Of a DNA stretch of 43,847 nucleotides, positions 18,615 to 28,600 are shown in pieces. Numbering within the stretch: the stretch's first letter is position 1; each line of letters opens with the position of its first letter. Position numbers and translations under genes: made by a program. The DNA comes from Nanobdellota archaeon (GTDB lineage: Archaea; Aenigmatarchaeota; Aenigmatarchaeia; QMZP01): contig JAHIRU010000009.1 in NCBI GenBank assembly GCA_018818465.1, positions 1 through 43,847 on the forward strand. The letters run 5' to 3'. The notes beneath the pieces are model-generated. The model ran no database searches. It had not been told where the DNA came from and saw nothing but the letters and a program-made list of their open reading frames with translations.

Positions 18615-19610
18615 CTAAAGCTCCAGATCTATTCTCAATTCTGTCAATGAAAGGATGTATATGCCCACTTTCTTGAAGTGATGAACCAGTTCCTTTGCTT
18701 CGTCTGTTTTCAGCTCATTGAAGAGCTCTTTGATGAGTTTCGTTCCTTTTTCATCCTCTTCGTATATTTCCTGTGCAAGATTTTTGTTGAATTTATAGAA
18801 GAGCTTGTAAATACGATCAAGCTGATCATTCTGCACTTTGAAAAGCGTTTTTATCGCTTTGGAGTGCTTTTCTTCCATATCAAGGATATGCCTTGCTATT
18901 TTCTTGAATTCATCCCCTACCATTTCTAGAATTAAAATAGAACTGTATATTGTTGGTGTTTTTCTATAGATTTCATATCCTTTTTTGTTTAGAACCCTTA
19001 AACAAAAATCCTCGAACCTGTCAAGATTCGTATCTATTATGTGTATTGCTTTCAGGTCTTCCTTGTTGCCATCAAGACCGTTAGCTATGTTCTCAGACTC
19101 TGTTTTTAAAAGAAGGAAAATTCTTCTCAATGCACTATCAAATTCTTTGTAAGATGTTTCACTCAGATCTTTCACTAAACAATAATTTCCTTTCTGCTCT
19201 ATTATATCAACTCCTACAAGCCTATTAACGCATGCACTTATGGTTTCTATAGGACTCATAACCTCTATATCGCTTTCTGATTTCATGTAATTCAATGTAT
19301 TGTAGGTGAATGGTGTATAGAGCTTTTTATGACCAGGTTCGATTCCTGTTATCATAATTTCGTCATAGCCTGCTCTGTAAGCAGAAGAAATGAATCTCCA
19401 TATTGCAATGGATTTGTTTAGGTTTGATATATCAATAGTTGTTCTTGATACATTTGAACCGCCATCTGTTGACACTAGAAGTGATTTTTCCTGTTCTGAT
19501 ACATCTATTTCACTGCCTGGTTGTATTCCATACCTTTGCACCCATTTGCTTGGCAATGTGATAGTAAGTGTGTTGTGCCCCTGCTTGATAACTCTCCTTT
19601 TCATAATCAT
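18615..19610 (-). CDS. archaeal PhoU-like regulator with N-terminal AbrB/SpoVT domain
   Basis: RRVIKQGHNTLTITLPSKWVQRYGIQPGSEIDV (AbrB-type) followed by about 200 aa of helical PhoU-like repeats. Confidence 0.65.
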   Translation of the reverse strand: MIMKRRVIKQGHNTLTITLPSKWVQRYGIQPGSEIDVSEQEKSLLVSTDGGSNVSRTTIDISNLNKSIAIWRFISSAYRAGYDEIMITGIEPGHKKLYTPFTYNTLNYMKSESDIEVMSPIETISACVNRLVGVDIIEQKGNYCLVKDLSETSYKEFDSALRRIFLLLKTESENIANGLDGNKEDLKAIHIIDTNLDRFEDFCLRVLNKKGYEIYRKTPTIYSSILILEMVGDEFKKIARHILDMEEKHSKAIKTLFKVQNDQLDRIYKLFYKFNKNLAQEIYEEDEKGTKLIKELFNELKTDEAKELVHHFKKVGIYILSLTELRIDLEL

Positions 19611-19760
19611 CCTTTTAGTAGTTAAACTATATTTGTTATTTAATCAATACATTAAAGGTTTATAAATATATACGCTATTGAAAAATATATTCTATATTGT
19701 GAATATATATAATATATATTGAAAAGTATTCTGTTAATAAAATAAAAGAAAAATAAAAAA

Positions 19761-20189
19761 TTAGATCTTGTAAACCCTGTCTCCAGGCCTTACCTTTGCT
19801 TTTACTTTCATGCCAATATCGTCGCCTTTTTTTGCTGTTTTGATATCCTTTCTTTCGATCTGCATTGAGATTACTGTCTGCTTGAAAGATGTTGTTGCAC
19901 CTTCTATCATTATCTTGTCTCCTATTTTCAAACTGTTATTCAGTTCTATAACAGCAACAGACAAATTTCCAAAGAAATGAGCTACTTTTCCGACAATTTT
20001 TTTATTAACACTCTTTGTTATGACTTTCTTTTTAACAACTCGTTTTTTAACAGTCCGCTTTTTAGGTGCAGCTTTCTTCTTGATCGTTTTTCTTTTAACC
20101 ATCTGTCCTTTAGGAGCGATTTTCTTTTTAACAGGTTTCTTAGCAACTCTCCTTTTAGCAGGTTTTTTCCTAACAATTTTTTTAACCAT
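19761..20189 (-). CDS. Lys-rich (histone-H1-like) tail fused to an EF-Tu-domain-2-like beta-barrel
   Basis: The first 65 aa are KKPAKRRVAKKPVKKK-type repeats. The C-terminus VGKVAHFFGNLSVAVIELNNSLKIGDKIMIEGATTSFKQTVISMQIERKDIKTAKKGDDIGMKVKAKVRPGDRVYK matches the small translation-elongation-factor-like barrel family. Confidence 0.65.
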   Translation of the reverse strand: MVKKIVRKKPAKRRVAKKPVKKKIAPKGQMVKRKTIKKKAAPKKRTVKKRVVKKKVITKSVNKKIVGKVAHFFGNLSVAVIELNNSLKIGDKIMIEGATTSFKQTVISMQIERKDIKTAKKGDDIGMKVKAKVRPGDRVYKI

Positions 20190-20251
20190 AAAAATACCCT
20201 ATTAAATTTTGGATGTGTGGCTTTTAAAGTTTTGGAAATCCAATTTAATAT

Positions 20252-21283
20252 ATGGGTGTTTCACTTTCTGAGTTGATTAGTGGTAGAGAGATAGAAATAG
20301 AGGATTTTAGAGGCAAAACCATCTTCATGGACGCATCCAATGTTATGTATCAATTTCTTTCCAGCATCCGAGACAGGTTCACAGGTGAACCCTTAAGGGA
20401 TTCTCATGGCAATGTTACATCGCATCTTTCTGGCATATTTTACCGTACATCCAAGATGATGGAGAGCGGTATAAATGTTGTTTATGTTTTTGATGGCGAG
20501 CCACCGAAGTTTAAGAAGAAAACTATAGAAAATAGGGTAAAAATACGCCAAGAAGCCCAAGAAAAGTGGAAAGAGGCTCTAGAAGAAGGCGACGCAGAGA
20601 AGATAAGAAAATATTCACAGGCTGCAATAAGGCTGACGCCTGAGATGATAGAAGAGGCAAAAACCCTCTTGTCAGTCATGGGCGTAGCGTGGATGCAGGC
20701 GCCCTCTGAGGCTGAAGCTCAGGCTAGTTATCTTGTTAAAGAGGCTAGGGGTTGGGCTGTGGGCTCACAAGACTGGGATTCCCTACTTTTTGGCGCTCCT
20801 CGCCTAGCCAAAAACCTCACAATCACCGGCAGAAGAAAGGTTCCTAGAAAAGAGAAGTATATTACAGTCAAACCTGAGCTAATTGAACTTGATTCTGCAC
20901 TCAAAAATCTAGGAATTAGCAGAGACCAATTAATCATTCTTGGCATGCTAGTTGGTACAGATTATACGCCTGGTGGAATAAAAGGCATCGGACCAAAAAC
21001 TGCATTAAAAATTGTAAAGGAGCATAAAACACTTTCTAGTGTCCTGAAGAACGTTGAGTGGAATTTCGATATAGAACCTGAGACAGTTTTTGAGTTCTTC
21101 AAAAATCCACCTACAGAGAAGAAGGAACCAAAAGCATCAAAATTCGATAAATTCGCACTTGAAGAGTTCCTCATGAAGAAGCACGACTTTTCAGAAGAGC
21201 GCGTCAGAAGAACGATAGAGAAGTTTACTAAAACTCATGACAGCAAGAAACAGTCAAGTTTGGGGAAGTTTCTGAAGCAATAA
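20252..21283 (+). CDS. fen: flap endonuclease 1
   Basis: MGVSLSELI..., FMDASNVMYQFL, SHLSGIFYRT, VYVFDGEPP, GSQDWDSLLFG, GTDYTPGGIKGIGPKTA, C-terminal PIP box QSSLGKFL. Confidence 0.95.
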   Translation: MGVSLSELISGREIEIEDFRGKTIFMDASNVMYQFLSSIRDRFTGEPLRDSHGNVTSHLSGIFYRTSKMMESGINVVYVFDGEPPKFKKKTIENRVKIRQEAQEKWKEALEEGDAEKIRKYSQAAIRLTPEMIEEAKTLLSVMGVAWMQAPSEAEAQASYLVKEARGWAVGSQDWDSLLFGAPRLAKNLTITGRRKVPRKEKYITVKPELIELDSALKNLGISRDQLIILGMLVGTDYTPGGIKGIGPKTALKIVKEHKTLSSVLKNVEWNFDIEPETVFEFFKNPPTEKKEPKASKFDKFALEEFLMKKHDFSEERVRRTIEKFTKTHDSKKQSSLGKFLKQ

Positions 21284-21307
21284 AAAGCTGTTATTCCTAA
21301 TTACTTT

Positions 21308-21556
21308 ATGGCAAGATTAGAGGGAATAGAAAGATATCCTCCAAAAGAGGGAGGTTTTAAAAATAGAGAATCGTATACAGTAGAATTTCCTGATAATACT
21401 AAATTCGGAATATACAAAAATAGGCATATACGTGTTGTTTTGGATTCTTATGAAGAAAATATTAAGCTTTATGATAACTATGCAAATTTAATAACAGGCG
21501 ACGCAGAAGAATTTGCTATTAACCTTAACAATCGTTCTGGATCTTTCAATCTCTAA
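21308..21556 (+). CDS. hypothetical protein
   Basis: 82-aa ORF with no recognisable motif. Confidence 0.45.
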   Translation: MARLEGIERYPPKEGGFKNRESYTVEFPDNTKFGIYKNRHIRVVLDSYEENIKLYDNYANLITGDAEEFAINLNNRSGSFNL

Positions 21557-21598
21557 TTTCGAATCACTTATTTAACAAAATCAATATAATTATAAATT

Positions 21599-21877
21599 AT
21601 GGTAGATTCGCCAATTCTAATCATATTTCAGATGGTATCTGCAGCTCTTTCAGGAGTTTTAGGCACGATAACGACACTTTTCTCATTGTTTGGTGATTTG
21701 GGGGAGTCACTTGGTTTCATAAGCGGTTTTGGTTTAACTGGGTTTATTGTTGCTGTAATAGTACTGGCAATAGTGCTGTTTTTCCTTTTCAAATTTGTAT
21801 TAAAATCAATGAAAATGGTTATAGTACTGTTTATAATAGGAATAATACTCTTTGCTCTGCTGTTCATGCAGTTATAG
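21599..21877 (+). CDS. small membrane protein (three hydrophobic segments)
   Basis: 92 aa, strongly hydrophobic. Confidence 0.5.
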   Translation: MVDSPILIIFQMVSAALSGVLGTITTLFSLFGDLGESLGFISGFGLTGFIVAVIVLAIVLFFLFKFVLKSMKMVIVLFIIGIILFALLFMQL

Positions 21878-21887
21878 CAAAGAGCAT

Positions 21888-22322
21888 CTACTTCTTCTTT
21901 TTTTCATCAGTTGCTGGAGCAATATAATCAGCGCCAGGTTTTACACGAGGCAAGTTTAATGGCAGTGGCAACTGAAGTTCTTCTGCTATCATTGAAGCTT
22001 TTAGCAAACATTTTGAAAACAGAGCATTGAACACATCTACAGCGATATCCTGAGATAATACTTTGGCGTTTTTCCAATGTTCTAGAATTTCTTTCTGCTT
22101 TTCATGCATGAAAAGCATATCGCCACCAAGCTTTATCTCTCCTGCTGAATCATAACTTGTGTTGAATTCAAAACCTATTTTAAGCACTTTCTTATCCAAA
22201 GGCTTTAGATCTGTTTCTTCTATGGATATTATTCTTGGAGACGAGTTTATCTTTATCTCTCCTGCTTTAACGTCATTCTTTTTTGCTTCTATAAAATTCA
22301 AAGAAATACCGATTATAGGCAT
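21888..22322 (-). CDS. hypothetical protein
   Basis: 144-aa ORF with GGAGG upstream. No confident family assignment. Confidence 0.55.
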   Translation of the reverse strand: MPIIGISLNFIEAKKNDVKAGEIKINSSPRIISIEETDLKPLDKKVLKIGFEFNTSYDSAGEIKLGGDMLFMHEKQKEILEHWKNAKVLSQDIAVDVFNALFSKCLLKASMIAEELQLPLPLNLPRVKPGADYIAPATDEKKKK

Positions 22323-22455
22323 ATAATACCTCCTAATTTATTATTCTATCTCAATTGAATAGACTTTATATTTAAATAGTTTATTAGCATGTCTACTGGT
22401 TAAGAATATATTAGTTAACTACTATTATTATACTACTATTATAAAGGTTGATAAT

Positions 22456-22992
22456 ATGAAGAAAGTTCTTGTTCCTATTATTGAAGGTTTTGAAGAAGCT
22501 GAGATGACTTGTACTGTTGATGTTCTTAGAAGAGCTGGATTGGATGTAATAACAGCAGGAATTCCAGCTACAATAATAAAAGGAATGCATGAAATGACTT
22601 TTATGGCAGACAGGAGAATGGAAGAGCTCAATATAGATAAATTCGATGCGCTTGTGCTAGTTGGAGGTAATCCAGGATACATCAATCTTGGCAAATCTAA
22701 AAGCGTTATTGAAACTATAAAAAAATTCAATTCTGAAAAAAAGCTTATAGCAGCTATCTGCGCCTCTCCTTCTGTATTAGCAAAAGCAGGCATATTAGAG
22801 AACAAGAAAGCAACAATATATCCAGGCATGGAAAGAGAGATACCAAGACCGAGAGACGGAAGAGTTATAGTTGATGGAAACATTGTAACTTCCCAAGGTG
22901 TTGGAACAGCTATAGAGTTTGCACTTAAAATTGTAGAGATTCTAGCAGGAAAACAAAAATCAGACGATCTTAAAAGGAGTTTAGTATGTTAA
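22456..22992 (+). CDS. DJ-1/PfpI/ThiJ-family protein
   Basis: KKVLVPIIEGFEEAEMTCTVDVLRRAG..., nucleophile elbow IAAICASPSVLAKAG, VTSQGVGTAIEFAL. Confidence 0.88.
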   Translation: MKKVLVPIIEGFEEAEMTCTVDVLRRAGLDVITAGIPATIIKGMHEMTFMADRRMEELNIDKFDALVLVGGNPGYINLGKSKSVIETIKKFNSEKKLIAAICASPSVLAKAGILENKKATIYPGMEREIPRPRDGRVIVDGNIVTSQGVGTAIEFALKIVEILAGKQKSDDLKRSLVC

Positions 22993-23201
22993 CAGAGATG
23001 GATTTAAAGATTTTGAATATTTTGAAGATTAGGCATTTAATTACAAAAAGCGAGCTTATCATGCAGCTTAATAGAGAAGGAATAAACGGTAACCTAGCTA
23101 ATATAGAAAAATTAACAGACATGGGTTATGTTGAACGTGTCGAGTCCTTAGGAACATGTTTAGTTATAACACAGAAGGGTATGCGAATTCTTGAAGAATG
23201 A
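22986..23201 (+). CDS. small winged-helix DNA-binding protein
   Basis: 71 aa; LKILNILKIRHLITKSELIMQL...LTDMGYVERV has an HTH-plus-wing layout. Overlaps the DJ-1 gene by 7 nt. Confidence 0.5.
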   Translation: MLTEMDLKILNILKIRHLITKSELIMQLNREGINGNLANIEKLTDMGYVERVESLGTCLVITQKGMRILEE

Positions 23202-23249
23202 GCGTGGAATGAATATTTTATAAATACATTATGTCAATTCATATAATAT

Positions 23250-23541
23250 AGCCCTGTAGTGTAGTGGTCAAACATTTTTTGTAAAACAAAAAATGGACTA
23301 AGCATTTCGGGTTTTGGATTTCCTCCAAAACTCTGAGTCCTTTTGGACTGTGAAAGAAAATACCCGGAGACCCCGGTTCGAACCTAATCCCTTTTACGGG
23401 AGCTAACGCTTCCTCAAAGGTCTTGTCTCTAATAACATGGGACAAGAGACATCTCTCATTCAATGTAATGGGAGATGAGATCTAAGGTTTACCCCAAAAC
23501 GAGCAAGTGAAAGGTGATTAGCGAAACTCCGGGCGGGGCTA
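23250..23541 (+). tRNA. tRNA-Gln (anticodon UUG) interrupted by three introns
   Basis: Exons are 23250-23271 (AGCCCTG TA GTGT AGTGGTCAA), 23302-23317 (GCAT T TCGGG TTTTGG), 23362-23382 (A CCCGG AGAC CCCGG TTCGAA) and 23528-23541 (T CCGGG CGGGGCT A). They join to a 73-nt cloverleaf with 7-bp acceptor stem AGCCCTG/CGGGGCT, discriminator A and T-loop TTCGAAT. Introns are about 30, 44 and 145 nt. A TTTATAAATA box lies about 30 nt upstream. Confidence 0.85.
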
Positions 23542-23626
23542 TAATTTTTAATTCCTAGAAATAGAATTTCAGGGGAATAAATTTAGAATTAATTGAAAAA
23601 CCTTAAAAACTATAATTGAAAATATC

Positions 23627-23664
23627 GGAACCAGCATTGTATAATATATTTTGATGCAGGTTCC
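23627..23664 (-). terminator. hairpin plus T-tract after the surface operon
   Basis: GGAACCAGCAT (23627-23637) pairs with ATGCAGGTTCC (23654-23664) with one mismatch. On the minus strand it is followed by GATATTTTC. Confidence 0.45.
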
Positions 23665-23981
23665 TATTCCCAGACTTCTTCAAGTTCTGAACCGATTTTT
23701 CTCATTTTAGCTATCTTGTCTTTTGCTTTGCTGATCTTTTCTTCAACTCTCATTCTCTTAGCATCCAGATTTGTTTCTCTAGCAACAAGCTGTGATATTT
23801 TGTCTCTTAATTTCAACTGGTTGTCTTGCACTATTTTTATGTCCTCTTTCATTGTGCTAAGCGATGCAGTAAGAGTCTTTTTTTCCATATTCAATTTGTT
23901 TAGTTCTCCTTTCAGATCAGAAAATATCTTTGATGGACTGGATTTATCTCTTTCTCCAGCAGTTTTTGCCTTAGTTACCAT
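23664..23981 (-). CDS. small coiled-coil protein, last gene of the surface operon
   Basis: 105 aa with heptad-rich K/E/L sequence. The start abuts the stop of the upstream gene (23982). Confidence 0.6.
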   Translation of the reverse strand: MVTKAKTAGERDKSSPSKIFSDLKGELNKLNMEKKTLTASLSTMKEDIKIVQDNQLKLRDKISQLVARETNLDAKRMRVEEKISKAKDKIAKMRKIGSELEEVWE

Positions 23982-25610
23982 CTAGTCACCACCTCTTAAC
24001 TTCTTATTTATTCTTTGTTTCGATTTCCAATAAATATGTTCTGTTATTAAACCATCTTTTTTGGCCTTTTCAAGATCTCTGAGTATTCTTTGAAGCTTTC
24101 TTTTGTCAGCTTCTGTTAATTTAGGCTTTAAAACTTTTTCCCTAAGATCTTTCACTTCCTCGTGTATCAGAGCTCTCTTTTCTGTTGTTACCTTCTTGAG
24201 CTCCTTCTTTTTGTGCCTATAATATAATATAGCTACAATGGTTAATAAAATAATTACTATTATTATGAAAATTAATGTCCACCACCAAGGAATAGGCTCA
24301 AATTCGTACCACTCTCTGACATTAACTATTACATCTTCCGATAGCTGCTTGTCGTCATACTTTCCAAATATCATAAAGCCAAACACGCCTGCTTTTGTCG
24401 GAGTTATGTTGAATGCATAGTTTACTCTCTCAAAAGCTGGAATGTTTATTTCTAGTTCTTTTGGTTCAAGATTCCAGTCTTCTGGAACAACCAAAGAAAG
24501 CGTTACATTCTTGTCTCTGAACAAGCTGTTCTCAACCATTACGTATATTGTGCTTTCATGATCTCTTCTCAATTCAGGTATCTCTACATCAACTATTTTT
24601 ATTATAGCTCCTTTTGGCCAATCAACTATTTCTAGATTTACTAGTTCTCTTTCAGTATCCTGATCAGAATCAACATGAATAAAGAGCCTATAAACCTTTT
24701 TTTCTGCATCATCAGGTATTTTGAATTTTATTATAAAGGTTTCTTCTTCTCCAGGGGTAATATCTGTTTCTACTGGATCAACAGTGTACCAGTTTATGTC
24801 AATCCCGTCTAATGTGACATAGACATCAGTTAATGCACCGTCACCAATGTTCTTCACTTTTACATATTCGTATTCAATTCCGCCCTGCTCTATTGTCATG
24901 GATTTTGGGTATTCTGTTATATTTATTTGGCCTCTGACTGATGGCGTACCTCCTCCGCCACCTCCGCCAGTACCGCTTCCAGTGCCTGCTGGCGGATTGT
25001 CCCAGTACAGTGTGTCCAGCATGCCGGGAGGCGTGACATTGAACAGCGCTCCGCTTGCCGCTTCGTCAGATGTGTTTACATAGTACCACATCGTGGTTTT
25101 TGCTGTTATGGATGCATCAAAAAAATTAACACCATATACTCCTGCTATCGGATAATTATATGTCATTTGAAGGGCATTCCATGTGGGGGTTGTTCTCCAA
25201 TAAAATGTAGCATTGAGCGTAGTGTTGCTCTGCTCTGCATCAAAAACATAAACCCAAAAATTCACGCTCTCTCCTGGAGCTGGATTGTTTTTATCTCTAT
25301 CTATATATGAACCAAGAAGAGGAACCCATTCTTTATAATAAGGGTTTTTATTGGCTGTAGTAGACGTGTTTGGCGCCCAAAACCCCCAATAGATAGTATA
25401 ATTATTGTCATTCGCACTGGACACAACTGATTGGCCTGCTGTAAATTCTGCATTGTAATCACCGTCTGTTACATTACCGCCTCCAGAACCCTGAACATCT
25501 GGATACAATATGAATTCACTATCAGACATTTCTGTTGCGCAGATTGTTTGTACTAAAAGAACGAGCGATAAAAAAAATATCAGAATCAGCTGTAAAGAAG
25601 CAGCTTTCAT
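23982..25610 (-). CDS. type I membrane-anchored surface protein with two CARDB/NEW3-like Ig domains and a Lys-rich cytoplasmic tail
   Basis: Signal peptide LQLILIFFLSLVLLVQTICA, Gly linker GTGSGTGGGGGGGTPS, two ...V.NxG...L.nV.v.l..P.dW...P-type modules, TM WWWTLIFIIIVIILLTIVAILYY. 3-nt gap to the giant gene. Confidence 0.75.
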   Translation of the reverse strand: MKAASLQLILIFFLSLVLLVQTICATEMSDSEFILYPDVQGSGGGNVTDGDYNAEFTAGQSVVSSANDNNYTIYWGFWAPNTSTTANKNPYYKEWVPLLGSYIDRDKNNPAPGESVNFWVYVFDAEQSNTTLNATFYWRTTPTWNALQMTYNYPIAGVYGVNFFDASITAKTTMWYYVNTSDEAASGALFNVTPPGMLDTLYWDNPPAGTGSGTGGGGGGGTPSVRGQINITEYPKSMTIEQGGIEYEYVKVKNIGDGALTDVYVTLDGIDINWYTVDPVETDITPGEEETFIIKFKIPDDAEKKVYRLFIHVDSDQDTERELVNLEIVDWPKGAIIKIVDVEIPELRRDHESTIYVMVENSLFRDKNVTLSLVVPEDWNLEPKELEINIPAFERVNYAFNITPTKAGVFGFMIFGKYDDKQLSEDVIVNVREWYEFEPIPWWWTLIFIIIVIILLTIVAILYYRHKKKELKKVTTEKRALIHEEVKDLREKVLKPKLTEADKRKLQRILRDLEKAKKDGLITEHIYWKSKQRINKKLRGGD

Positions 25611-25613
25611 TAT

Positions 25614-28600
25614 TTACCTCCCATACCTATACCAGAATCTGTAAGTTGTCGTTCCAACTGGTGGATTAACTGAACCAAAATCAACAGTCGCTTTCTGTGC
25701 ATCAACAGTAGGGATTGCTATTGGCAGACTGTTTATTGTCAGCTTGAATACATCACCAGTTGCTGATAATGGCCTGTTGGAAAGACCAAGCTTGTTTCCT
25801 ATGCCAACATAATACTGAGGTGATATTCCACCTATATAATTGCTAACTATTTTTGTCACGTTTGAAAATGCATAGCTTGTGTTATATGCTGTTGTTGTTG
25901 CGGTTACATCAACGGTTATTACCTCAAATATCCATCTTCCATCTGCGTCTAAACCGCTTATATTCACGTCTCCTGTTGTCTGGTCTATTCCCGATATTAC
26001 AGTCACTGTAATATCTCTTGGAACGTCTGGCTGATTTGCTATTACTGGATATAATGTTTCGTCTGCAAAACTTCGTTGTGTTATTAATTTGTCATCATCT
26101 GCCGCTGAAACCCTGTCATAAGTAGCTATTGTCGTGAATCCGCCTCTTATTCTTGTATCACTGCTCATTGTAAGGTTACCAGTCATAGTGTCGCCTGTTT
26201 CATTAACCCAACTATCTGCTACGCCTGCGTAACTTCCGCCTGATGAGCCTGTTTCAACAGTTCCATTAGACCAAATAACAACATCACCACTAGCAACAGA
26301 GTAATTGGCATCAACATTAATTGTTCCATTGCTGTATGCATAGAATCTATTATTCACGATTTCTAAATTATCAAATATACCACTTATACCTCTGAATATA
26401 TCACTGTATATTTTGCCCCACCATACGCTATCTGAGCCTATCCAGTAAGTTTTGTTCGCATCAAGGCTGGTCATATTATCGCCAGTAGTGTTAACGAATG
26501 TGTCTACTACTCCAGCATAACTTCCGCCAGACGAACCTGTTTCAATTGTGCCGTTACTCCATATGACAACGTCACCACCAAACACAGAGAAGTTTCCGCC
26601 CATGCTGATTGAACCGTTAGCATACAGCCACAACACATCGGATATGTTCAGTGAACCTGTCATTGTATCGCCTGTTGTGTTTACCCAATTATCAGCTACA
26701 CCAGTGTAACTGGATGATGATCCAGTTTCTATAGTGCCGTTGGACCATATGACTACGTCACCGCCTGATGCAGTAACATTGCCGACAGTCATTGTATCGA
26801 ATATGGCATTAACTGCGCGGATAGCGTCTGTCAGAATCTTTCCCCACCAAACACTGTCTGAACCAATCCAATACGTTTTGTTTGCATCAAGGCTTGTCAT
26901 ATTGTCGCCTGTAGTGTTAACGAATGTGTCTGTTAGTCCACCGTAAATTGTATCACTATCAACTACCTCAACTGTGCCATTGGACCATATGACTACGCCA
27001 GTTGGAACTGAATAGTTGCCATCAACATTAATCGATCCGTTAGGGTACAGGTATATCTTGCCTGAGATGTTGAGTTCCCCGGTCATATAATCGCCTGTCT
27101 CATTTACCCAATCATCTGCTACGCCACTGTAAATGGTATCAGCGTCTGTACCACATACAATATTACCACCTGCAACTGTTTCCAAACTACAGCCTTTGTA
27201 CAATATTAATTGGATACCTCCTGTGTCGTTAACAAAGAAATCACCGCTAACATTGAGCCCGTTATTAACTAATAAAGCACCGCCTGTGATATTCAAATCA
27301 CCAGTCATTGCGTCACCCGATGCATTAACGTAAGTATCACCAGTGGTTATGAATCCTGGCACACTGCTAATGTTGCCCCAAGCAAGTCTTGTCAAGAACC
27401 CGTTTATCCAGTTGCCATTCATTGTAAGGTTGCCTGTCATTGTGTCACCAGTAACATTTACCCAGTCATCAGCTACGCCGCCATAGCTGGCAGTTGCACC
27501 TGTTTCAATTGTGCCGTTACTCCATATGACAAAGTCTGTACCAACTGTAAAGTTGCCTGTTGTTTTTAGGTTAGCAGATACATTCAGGTCACCAGTCATT
27601 ATGTCACCTGTAGCATTTACTAGCAACCAATGTCTCAGAGTTATGTTTAATATGCCATCTTCTAAAGTTCCATTTAAGAACTGTTCGTCTGTTAACCATT
27701 CAGTTATCCTATAAAGTGTATTCAATCCTATTTCTGTTGTATAGCCTGCAGGCATTAGACCTCCTTGATCATTTGTGGCATATCTTGTAGCTGCATCATG
27801 ATCGTCTTGGTTTGCAAAATGCCAGCATATGTTTGTGATTGGATCGCATCCATTTAAATCTGTTAAAGTCCTATGCGAACCTATCAATGAAGCTATAATC
27901 CAAGCATCAACCGTGGCATCATAAGCATAAATCAATGATTCATCTTTCACGAAAACTGTCCAGCCTGATTGAGCTGACCTCATATCCCAGTCACCAGAAC
28001 TATTATATTCTGTTATATTGTTCTCATGTCCAGCCCATGCTCCTGTTGCTCCGCTTGATTGTGATTGTTCTGAGCTTATGCTCATGAATGAGGTGTCGTT
28101 GAACATTGTTTCGAATGTTTTATGTGCATTCAGATCTAACGCAATGTCAATTATCTGAAACTCGCGTATGGTTCCGCCGAAGAAATGTGTTGATGCAGAT
28201 GATTTCCCTCCACCTAAAAGTAATTTATCGTTTTTACCAGTATATCCTATTCCTCCATCCCCGCTATGGGCGTTCATTCCAACTTCTGTTCCAAGAGAGT
28301 CACTATGTTCTGCTGTGCCTACTAATGTTCCATTCAAATACATTGTAAAGTTGTTGTATTGGTCATTTGTGGATGTTTCACAAATTTCATTTCGGTCAGT
28401 GTCATCGCAACGGAAGACTGTTGTCACGACATAGTTGTCATGATTGGCTTCTATCGGTATTGTAAACCATTTACCACTGAATCCGTTGCTTATTGCCCAT
28501 GCTCCGCAAGTTATATTGCTGTTCTCTATATAGCAGTCCCATCCATTAACGGTTCCGCCTTCTGATGCAATGAATTGCCTTGTTGTTATGTCTGCTGATG

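Noticed and set aside
21888-22322. Faint resemblance of the C-terminal ALFSKCLLKASMIAEELQLPLPLNLPRV to the SecB chaperone C-terminal region
   Set aside because: It rests on one short segment remembered from SecB. That is too weak to call without a profile or structure search.
23239-23463. 74-aa minus-strand ORF
   Set aside because: It lies entirely antisense within the intron-containing tRNA-Gln gene, uses a TTG start and has no SD. The region is explained by the tRNA.
23383-23527. C/D-box sRNA hidden in the large tRNA intron
   Set aside because: No convincing RUGAUGA / CUGA box pair with correct spacing was found. GATGAGA and GTGATTA are only partial matches.
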